This document shows positions 53,561 to 64,000 of a stretch of DNA of 64,000 nucleotides, piece after piece (positions within the stretch are counted from its first letter, which is position 1; each line of letters opens with the position of its first letter). Source of the stretch: Eledone cirrhosa (taxonomy: Eukaryota). The stretch lies in NCBI GenBank assembly GCA_964016885.1, contig OZ024761.1, forward strand, positions 13,702,001-13,766,000. Reading direction: 5' to 3'. Below the pieces are notes generated by a model that was given only the letters and a program-made list of their open reading frames with translations, had not been told where the DNA came from and searched no databases. Made by a program: the position numbers and the translations under genes.

Positions 53561-53596
53561 TCTTAACGTTTCGGACGCTAGTCCTTCATCAGAAGA
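53561..53596 (-). ncRNA. Minimal type-I hammerhead ribozyme
   Basis: UCUU-CUGAUGA-A GGAC uagc GUCC-GAAAC GUU-AAGA; helix III is only the palindrome AACGUU; decayed relatives at ~54592-54627 (-), ~33300-33335 (+), ~3362-3395 (+). Confidence 0.8.
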
Positions 53597-53957
53597 AAGA
53601 ATGAAAAATAAAATAGATTGAGGGGACGGACGGGATGGAATTGGAAAAAATGTCTTTAGATAAAAATAACAGGTCCATTCATGTTGACATGTAATTAAAT
53701 ATGAATTTGATGCAACACTTGATTCTTTATTCCCATATATATATATATGGAAACAAAGAATCAGTGTTATACCATATACATATTTAATTACATATTACAC
53801 ATGTTTCATTGTCTATCAGCTCAAGGAACAATCTATTAATGATTGAACCTGACTCTGGAATCGGAAGCTCTTCAGATATGCTTTAACATGTAGACTCGTG
53901 TCTCATCCACCATATCACCTATGGCTGCAATTAACTTGCACCTTCACACCTATCTCC

Positions 53958-53992
<35 letters not shown>

Positions 53993-54440
53993 GATGATGA
54001 TGATGATGATATATATATATATATATGTGTGTGTAAATGAAGTAATTCCGTCGGAAAGGTCCAGGAAAATTATCTTATATGTTTTTTAAAATCCACTGTC
54101 AATAAATACACCAGGATTTTTTTCACTCTGATGACTGAAACCAAATTTTGTTTGCTTTCAAGAAACCACTGGTAAATGAAATAATTATCTTATGTTGTTT
54201 ATTACATAACTATATATATATATATATATAAATAGATATATATATAAATCGGAATGGATGCAGTAAAACCAGTTAGACCATTACTCACCGGAGTACTCGA
54301 TAATTGGAGTAGTAGAGTAGGTAATATGAAGGATTCAGGACCCCGACGGCTGAGTTCCTGCCATTTCAACAGCAAGATCCAAACCGAATTCAGAACTAGC
54401 TGTTGAAACAGGAGCTCAGCCATCGGGGTCCCAATTCCTT

Positions 54441-54499
<59 letters not shown>

Positions 54500-54684
54500 A
54501 AGCATAAGGCAAACAGAAATAACAAACCAAATGACACACTACAATGAAGAAATATATTATTAGTTTTACGCTTGATATAGTAGGAAAAGAGTCTTAACGT
54601 TTTGGACGCTAGTGCTTCATCAGGAGATAGAATGAGAAATTAAAGAAAGAGAAAGATTGAGGAGAGGGGGCAGGGTGGAAATGG

Positions 54685-54738
<54 letters not shown>

Positions 54739-54746
54739 GTACTTAC

Positions 54747-54853
54747 TTGCTTATAATCCTCTTGTCACCTTCCCAAGATCCAGTGGCTAGAGCTGCTTCT
54801 TCCATCTTCAAAGCATCTTCAGCCTCGATGATAGCAATAGCTGACAGGTTTAT
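54747..54853 (-). CDS. USP5: USP5 exon
   Basis: INLSAIAIIEAEDALKMEEAALATGSWEGDKRIISK; 107 nt. Confidence 0.94.
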
Positions 54854-55306
54854 CTATATATATATACCAAGATGGTGTAGGAGAGAACAAAGGAGAGACA
54901 AAATAAAAACCTAGTCACTGAGGAGGTCACAGAATGTGTGACAAAAGAGCTTTGACAATATATAAACAGCCATCCGGTTATCGAACCAACCAATCAACCA
55001 ACTGGAAATTTATAATAATGGGCAGAGCCCATCTTCTCTCCAGGGTTGAACACAGCAGATTTCTTCCAGAGGATAGAGAGAGTGAGAGAAAGGAATTGAG
55101 AAAGAAATATAGAGGAAGAATCGACCCCAGTACATGACTGATACTTTTTTTTATTGACCTTAAATGGATGAAAAGCAAAGTTGACCTCGGCAGGATTTGA
55201 ACTAAAGAGAGCCGAAACGAATACCGCAAAGCATTCTATCCAACGTCCTAAAGTCTGTTAATTCGCTGCCATGTTTAAAGTGTATATCATTTTTTAAATA
55301 ACTTAC

Positions 55307-55425
55307 AATCTCAGGTAACTGTGGATCAGGATAAGGTAAAACAGTCCATTTAGGTAGAACCAGTATAGAAACATCTTCAACGAACTCAAACGTTTTCTGG
55401 TTGGCATCAAAACCTCCTTCAACAC
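55307..55425 (-). CDS. USP5: USP5 exon
   Basis: GVEGGFDANQKTFEFVEDVSILVLPKWTVLPYPDPQLPEI; 119 nt. Confidence 0.96.
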
Positions 55426-56219
55426 CTGAGTTGAAGATAGAAAAAAAAAACACAAACATTAAAAAGACACATCAGACCACATTTCTAACATCTTACTTAC
55501 ATTCCTGCTGAATTTATTTTATTGTGGGACCAGAACTAGGTAGGTTGTCAAAGGATTGCGAGGACTTTTCAGCTGTGTCAGCACAACTGAAAAGTCCTCG
55601 CAATCCTTCGTTTGGCAAGCTTTCTACAATTGGGTGTGCTTCCTACCGCCAACCATTTTACAGAGTGTACTGTGTGATTATGTCTTTGGCACAACTGAAG
55701 GGTCCTCCCAACCCTTTACTCAGTAAGCTTTCTACAGCTGGATGTCCTTTCTATCACCAACCATTTTACAGCATGTACTGGGTGTGTTTATTTTATAAAT
55801 TACCAACACTAGTGAGGTTGTCGAACCATTGACAACTTAAGGGTTCTCTCAATGCTTTTTGACATGGTTTTTACAGCAGGGTGCCCTTTTTATCATCAAC
55901 CATCTTTCAGGGTGTACTGGGTGCATTTTCAAAGCACCAGCACTAGAGAGATTGTCAGTTATTCTGCCAACAGAAGAGACCTCTCTGCTCTGAGTTGGCA
56001 GTGAGTGAGAGAAGGAAGATAAGTTTGATGTTATGTATGTATAACATCGACAGAGACTGCCTAGATTTAACAGGGGCTTAGAATATCAACAAAAACCCTA
56101 ATAGATTTCACAGAGGTCTAAAATATCAACAAAGACCCTAATAAATTTCACAGAGGTCTAACAAATCAAGAAAGACCCTAATATATTTAACAGTGGTCTA
56201 AAAAAAAGGGCAAACTCAC

Positions 56220-56277
56220 CAATAGCCAGTCGTGTAGGTTTCTTCAACGGGGGAGGGTCTTCTGAAGCTTTTTGGAT
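56220..56277 (-). CDS. USP5: USP5 exon
   Basis: IQKASEDPPPLKKPTRLAIG; 58 nt. Confidence 0.95.
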
Positions 56278-56530
56278 CTAAACATGGAAAAACAAACAGC
56301 AATTATATTGTTAAAATATACAGTGAGTTTGAGTGTGAGGGATGATTTGAGTATGAGTGAAGAGAGTTTGAGTATGAGTGAAGAGAGATTGAGATTGATT
56401 GAGAGAGAGTGAGAGAAAGAGTAGAGACTGAAGGTGGTGAAAGAGATGGTGTGTTTGTGACAACTCATCCAACTCATCCCAGCATGGAAAGTGAACATTT
56501 AATGGTGGTGATGATGACAGCTGTACTTAC

Positions 56531-56656
56531 TATTTTTCTACGCCTCTTGATGTGAAGGAAAACAGCATTGCCAGTCTTTTTGAAATGCTCCTCTATGTAT
56601 GGCTTGCCAAGACCCAGAAATGAATTCATACAAATGTACAAACCAGTCTCACTTTC
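56531..56656 (-). CDS. USP5: USP5 probable exon 2 (N-terminal cryptic ZnF-UBP); exon 1 not seen
   Basis: ESETGLYICMNSFLGLGKPYIEEHFKKTGNAVFLHIKRRRKI; 126 nt, cag/gt. Confidence 0.97.
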
Positions 56657-56693
56657 CTGAACGACATATCAAAAAGAAAATGGACGCAGAAAA

Positions 56694-59600
56694 GCCACAT
56701 TAGCAAGACATCCTTGAAAAGTACAAAACAGCATCACATTAACTCTTAACATCCTGTACCACATGGAACCACATTAAAAGACACTCTTGAAAAGTACAAA
56801 ACAGCATCACATTAACTCTTAACATCCTGTACCACATGAAACCACATTAACAAAACACTCTTGAAAAGTACAAAACAGCATCACATTAACTCTTAACATC
56901 CTGTACCACATGAAACCACATTAACAAAACACTCTTGAAAAGTACAAAACAGCATCACATTAACTCTTAACATCCTGTACCACATGAAACCACATTAACA
57001 AAACACTCTTGAAAAGTACAAAACAGCATCACATTAACTCTTAACATCCTGTACCACATGGAACCACATTAGCAAGACATCCTTGAAAAGTACAAAACAG
57101 CATCACATTAACTCTTAACATCCTGTACCACATGGAACCACATTAACAAAACACTCTTGAAAAGTACAAAACAGCATCACATTAACTCTTAACATCCTGT
57201 ACCACATGAAACCACATTAACAAAACACTCTTGAAAAGTACAAAACAGCATCACATTAACTCTTAACATCCTGTACCACATGGAACCACATTAACAAAAC
57301 ACTCTTGAAAAGTACAAAACAGCATCACATTAACTCTTAACATCCTGTACCACATGAAACCACATTAACAAAACACTCTTGAAAAGTACAAAACAGCATC
57401 ACATTAACTCTTAACATCCTGTACCACATGGAACCACATTAAAAGACACTCTTGAAAAGTACAAAACAGCATCACATTAACTCTTAACATCCTGTACCAC
57501 ATGAAACCACATTAACAAAACACTCTTGAAAAGTACAAAACAGCATCACATTAACTCTTAACATCCTGTACCACATGAAACCACATTAACAAAACACTCT
57601 TGAAAAGTACAAAACAGCATCACATTAACTCTTAACATCCTGTACCACATGAAACCACATTAACAAAACACTCTTGAAAAGTACAAAACAGCATCACATT
57701 AACTCTTAACATCCTGTACCACATGGAACCACATTAGCAAGACATCCTTGAAAAGTACAAAACAGCATCACATTAACTCTTAACATCCTGTACCACATGG
57801 AACCACATTAACAAAACACTCTTGAAAAGTACAAAACAGCATCACATTAACTCTTAACATCCTGTACCACATGAAACCACATTAACAAAACACTCTTGAA
57901 AAGTACAAAACAGCATCACATTAACTCTTAACATCCTGTACCACATGGAACCACATTAACAAAACACTCTTGAAAAGTACAAAACAGCATCACATTAACT
58001 CTTAACATCCTGTACCACATGAAACCACATTAACAAAACACTCTTGAAAAGTACAAAACAGCATCACATTAACTCTTAACATCCTGTACCACATGGAACC
58101 ACATTAGCAAGACATCCTTGAAAAGTACAAAACAGCATCACATTAACTCTTAACATCCTGTACCACATGGAACCACATTAACAAAACACTCTTGAAAAGT
58201 ACAAAACAGCATCACATTAACTCTTAACATCCTGTACCACATGAAATCACATTAACAAAACACTCTTGAAAAGTACAAAACAGCATCACATTAACTCTTA
58301 ACATCCTGTACCACATGGAACCACATTAGCAAGACATCCTTGAAAAGTACAAAACAGCATCACATTAACTCTTAACATCCTGTACCACATGGAACCACAT
58401 TAACAAAACACTCTTGAAAAGTACAAAACAGCATCACATTAACTCTTAACATCCTGTACCACATGGAACCACATTAGCAAGACATCCTTGAAAAGTACAA
58501 AACAGCATCACATTAACTCTTAACATCCTGTACCACATGGAACCACATTAACAAAACACTCTTGAAAAGTACAAAACAGCATCACATTAACTCTTAACAT
58601 CCTGTACCACATGAAACCACATTAACAAAACACTCTTGAAAAGTACAAAACAGCATCACATTAACTCTTAACATCCTGTACCACATGGAACCACATTAGC
58701 AAGACATCCTTGAAAAGTACAAAACAGCATCACATTAACTCTTAACATCCTGTACCACATGGAACCACATTAACAAAACACTCTTGAAAAGTACAAAACA
58801 GCATCACATTAACTCTTAACATCCTGTACCACATGGAACCACATTAGCAAGACATCCTTGAAAAGTACAAAACAGCATCACATTAACTCTTAACATCCTG
58901 TACCACATGGAACCACATTAACAAAACACTCTTGAAAAGTACAAAACAGCATCACATTAACTCTTAACATCCTGTACCACATGAAACCACATTAACAAAA
59001 CACTCTTGAAAAGTACAAAACAGCATCACATTAACTCTTAACATCCTGTACCACATGGAACCACATTAGCAAGACATCCTTGAAAAGTACAAAACAGCAT
59101 CACATTAACTCTTAACATCCTGTACCACATGGAACCACATTAACAAAACACTCTTGAAAAGTACAAAACAGCATCACATTAACTCTTAACATCCTGTACC
59201 ACATGGAACCACATTAGCAAGACATCCTTGAAAAGTACAAAACAGCATCACATTAACTCTTAACATCCTGTACCACATGGAACCACATTAACAAAACACT
59301 CTTGAAAAGTACAAAACAGCATCACATTAACTCTTAACATCCTGTACCACATGAAACCACATTAACAAAACACTCTTGAAAAGTACAAAACAGCATCACA
59401 TTAACTCTTAACATCCTGTACCACATGGAACCACATTAGCAAGACATCCTTGAAAAGTACAAAACAGCATCACATTAACTCTTAACATCCTGTACCACAT
59501 GGAACCACATTAACAAAACACTCTTGAAAAGTACAAAACAGCATCACATTAACTCTTAACATCCTGTACCACATGAAACCACATTAACAAAACACTCTTG

Positions 59601-62252
59601 AAAAGTACAAAACAGCATCACATTAACTCTTAACATCCTGTACCACATGGAACCACATTAGCAAGACATCCTTGAAAAGTACAAAACAGCATCACATTAA
59701 CTCTTAACATCCTGTACCACATGAAACCACATTAACAAAACACTCTTGAAAAGTACAAAACAGCATCACATTAACTCTTAACATCCTGTACCACATGAAA
59801 CCACATTAACAAAACACTCTTGAAAAGTACAAAACAGCATCACATTAACTCTTAACATCCTGTACCACATGAAACCACATTAACAAAACACTCTTGAAAA
59901 GTACAAAACAGCATCACATTAACTCTTAACATCCTGTACCACATGGAACCACATTAACAAAACACTCTTGAAAAGTACAAAACAGCATCACATTAACTCT
60001 TAACATCCTGTACCACATGAAACCACATTAACAAAACACTCTTGAAAAGTACAAAACAGCATCACATTAACTCTTAACATCCTGTACCACATGGAACCAC
60101 ATTAACAAAACACTCTTGAAAAGTACAAAACAGCATCACATTAACTCTTAACATCCTGTACCACATGGAACCACATTAACAAAACACTCTTGAAAAGTAC
60201 AAAACAGCATCACATTAACTCTTAACATCCTGTACCACATGGAACCACATTAACAAAACACTCTTGAAAAGTTCAAAACAGCATCACATTAACTCTTAAC
60301 ATCCTGTACCACATGGAACCACATTAACAAAACACTCTTGAAAAGTACAAAACAGCATCACATTAACTCTTAACATCCTGTACCACATGGAACCACATTA
60401 AAAGACACTCTTGAAAAGTTCAAAACAGCATCACATTAACTCTTAACATCCTGTACCACATGGAACCACATTAACAAAACACTCTTGAAAAGTACAAAAC
60501 AGCATCACATTAACTCTTAACATCCTGTACCACATGGAACCACATTAAAAGACACTCTTGAAAAGTTCAAAACAGCATCACATTAACTCTTAACATCCTG
60601 TACCACATGGAACCACATTAACAAAACACTCTTGAAAAGTACAAAATTGCATCACATTAACTCTTAACATCCTGTACCACATGGAACCACATTAACAAAA
60701 CACTCTTGAAAAGTACAAAACAGCATCACATTAACTCTTAACATCCTGTACCACATGGAACCACATTAACAAAACACTCTTGAAAAGTTAAAAACAGCAT
60801 CACATTAACTCTTAACATCGTGTACCACATGGAACCACATTAACAAAACACTCTTGAAAAGTACAAAACAGCATCACATTAACCCTTAACATCCTGTACC
60901 ACATGGAACCACATTAACAAAACACTCTTGAAAAGTTCAAAACAGCATCACATTAACTCTTAACATCCTGTACCACATGGAACCACATTAACAAGACACT
61001 CTTGAAAAGTACAAAACAGCATCACATTAACCCTTAACATCCTGTACCACATGGAACCACATTAACAAAACACTCTTGAAAAGTACAAAACAGCATCACA
61101 TTAACCCTTAACATCCTGTACCACATGGAACCACATTAACAAAACACTCTTGAAAAGTTCAAAACAGCATCACATTAACTCTTAACATCCTGTACCACAT
61201 GGAACCACATTAACAAGACACTCTTGAAAAGTTCAAAACAGCATCACATTAACTCTTAACATCCTGTACCACATGGAACCACATTAACAAAACACTCTTG
61301 AAAAGTACAAAATTGCATCACATTAACCCTTAACATCCTGTACCACATGGAACCACATTAACAAGACACTCTTGAAAAGTTCAAAACAGCATCACAATAA
61401 CTCTTAACATCCTGTACCACATGGAACCACATTAACAAGACACTCTTGAAAAGTTCAAAACAGCATCACATTAACTCTTAACATCCTGTACCACATGGAA
61501 CCACATTAACAAGACACTCTTGAAAAGTTCAAAACAGCATCACATTAACTCTTAACATCCTGTACCACATGGAACCACATTAACAAGACACTCTTGAAAA
61601 GTTCAAAACAGCATCACATTAACTCTTAACATCCTGTACCACATGGAACCACATTAACAAAACACTCTTGAAAAGTACAAAATTGCATCACATTAACCCT
61701 TAACATCCTGTACCACATGGAACCACATTAACAAGACACTCTTGAAAAGTTCAAAACAGCATCACATTAACTCTTAACATCCTGTACCACATGGAACCAC
61801 ATTAACAAAACACTCTTGAAAAGTACAAAATTGCATCACATTAACCCTTAACATCCTGTACCACATGGAACCACATTAACAAGACACTCTTGAAAAGTTC
61901 AAAACAGCATCACATTAACTCTTAACATCCTGTACCACATGGAACCACATTAACAAAACACTCTTGAAAAGTACAAAATTGCATCACATTAACCCTTAAC
62001 ATCCTGTACCACATGGAACCACATTAACAAAACACTCTTGAAAAGTACAAAACAGCATCACATTAACTCTTAACATCCTGTACCACATGGAACCACATTA
62101 ACAAGACACTCTTGAAAAGTACAAAACAGCATCACAATAACTCTTAACATCCTGTACCACATGGAACCACATTAACAAGACTCTTGAAAAGTACAAAATT
62201 GCACTATGACTGCATCACATCAACTCTTAACGTCCTGTACCACATGAAACCT
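56694..62252. repeat. 74-bp satellite, ~75 copies, intronic
   Basis: aaccacattaacaaaacactcttgaaaagtacaaaacagcatcacattaactcttaacatcctgtaccacatgg. Confidence 0.98.
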
Positions 62253-62997
62253 CATTCATCATGATCCGGCAGCTACAGAATAATCAAGTCAATAATTGAC
62301 CTCCACGTGGGTCTGTCGTTCATTGCCATTGCCAAGTCCTCTGGATTTCAATACCAGAATCTCTGGAGATGACATCGTGATAGGAGAGCTTGCACCCCCT
62401 GTTATTAGTGACTGCTTATGGTTTCCAAAGCACTAATGGGGACATACTGGCAAGACATTCAAAGTACAAAACAGCACAATGACTGCATCACATTAAATAT
62501 CAAAATCCTTAGTCAACAAATGTTCACAACGATGTGTCCACTAGTAAATATTACTATAACAAACATATAAGTAATTAATCTCTCGGACTTTTACGAAGTT
62601 CTGAGGGGACTTAGCAAACTTAATATAAAGAGTGGTACCCTCATGCATGAAGAAAAACCTCATTTGCATACTGAGCGACCTTACAGCCAGCCTCGCCGAA
62701 AACAAAAAGAAACAAAATTTGTTTTCGCTCTTAATAAAGTGGATACGCTAATCAGCCGATGTATATATTTGAGAATACTATGTATTCTCAGCAGTTCCAG
62801 TGAGTAGCAGACACAAGAATACACAATCTTCGTAAAGAGCAAACACTCCGAAACAATTGTCGATGGCATTTTCTCAGCTATTGCTGGAACAAAAGCATTA
62901 AGTTGTTTATTTCAAAAATACATATGGTGTCTATGAGGCTGTTTACTTGCAAACAAACTGAATATCATTAATAATATTATGATATCATTATTAATCA

Positions 62998-63342
62998 CCG
63001 GTGAATTGGCAGTATCGGTAGAGGGTCGGATGCCATGCTTTGACGCATAGAGTTACGGCCCTGTTATGATCTGAGTTCAAATCCCGCCGAGATTAACTTT
63101 GCCTTTCATCCTTACGGGGTCGATAAAATAAAGTACCAGTAATACACTGGGTATTTGCTGGCTTTGTGCCAAAAGTAGAAACAATTATTACAGGGTTGAT
63201 AAAATAAAGTACCAGTAATACACTGGGTAATTGCTGGCCTTGTGCCAAAAGTAGAAACAATTATTACAGGGTCGATAAAATAAAGTAGCAGTAATACACT
63301 GGGTAATTGCTGGCCTTGCGCCAAAAGTAGAAACAATTATTA
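62998..63342 (+). mobile_element. SINE family B with triplicated 3' end
   Basis: ~76-bp tail ggggtcgataaaataaagtaccag...agtagaaacaattatta occurs three times. Confidence 0.88.
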
Positions 63343-63796
63343 ATCAGTCACGATACACACACACATATGTACACACACACATCCTACATTCAGGTAAAGA
63401 TACATACACACTCATATATATATAGATGCACACACATCTTACACTCAGGTAAAGATACATACACACACTCATATATATAATATAATATACATACACTCAT
63501 ATATATATATATATATATAATATACATATACACACACATATATATATATGTATATACACACACACACACACATATCTTACACTCAGGTAAAGATACATAC
63601 ACACACTCATATATATAATATAATATACATACACTCATATATATAATATAATATACATACACTCATATATATAATATAATATACACACACTCATATATAT
63701 AATATAATATACATACACTCAAATATATAATATAATATACACACACTCATATATATAATATAATATACATACACTCATATATGTATATAATATAAT

Positions 63797-63950
63797 ATAA
63801 TTGTTTCTACTTTAGGCACAAGGCCAGCAATTACCCAGTGCATTACTGGTACTTTATTTTATCAACCCCGTAAGGATGAGACGCAAAGTCAACCTCGGCG
63901 GGATTTGAACTCAGATCGTAAAGGGACGTAACTATGCTGGAAAGTATGGC
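63797..63950 (-). mobile_element. SINE family B (head truncated)
   Basis: Tail and B box present. Confidence 0.85.
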
Positions 63951-64000
63951 GTAATATAATATAATATAAATATACACACATATATATATATATGTATATG

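Noticed and set aside
54120-54195. CTGATGACTGAAAC as another hammerhead
   Set aside because: No convincing stem I pairing could be drawn by eye
56694-62252. Possible CRISPR-like array (also 49341-50290, 43207-44053)
   Set aside because: Units are contiguous and near-identical with no unique spacers; eukaryotic intronic satellites
62253-63000. Search for USP5 exon 1
   Set aside because: No frame resembling the expected ...VxKDECxxSFDTP end with a donor; exon 1 probably lies outside the window

Overview
Repeat-rich animal genomic DNA, probably an octopod/coleoid cephalopod (inferred from the SINE content and the abundant (TA)n/(CAT)n tracts). Two minus-strand protein-coding genes can be traced by hand. 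(1) USP5/isopeptidase T: 19 coding exons at 36385-56656, all with GT-AG boundaries and consistent phases, totalling 2334 nt (777 codons + stop); exon 1 is not found and probably lies beyond 64000. (2) The first coding exon of a GIT-family ArfGAP (MSRGNIRTAEICADCSAP, 19293-19347), apparently at the end of a ~1.8 kb exon; no further GIT exon is recognisable in the window. The remainder is satellites (9.2 kb CT/CA minisatellite, 74-bp, 72-bp, 139-bp, 117-bp, 86-bp, 56-bp arrays), two tRNA-derived SINE families, TTAA- and TA-flanked MITEs, and RTE/Tx1/mariner relics. Two signals stand out. First, a dense population of minimal type-I hammerhead ribozyme motifs, mostly embedded in fold-back palindromes next to (TA)n tracts, one of them directly downstream of a Penelope-type GIY-YIG C-terminus. 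Second, a 117-bp in-frame tandem array that multiplies a USP5 splice acceptor seven-fold. Nearly all entries in the supplied ORF track are microsatellite or SINE artefacts. All coordinates and alignments were read by eye.
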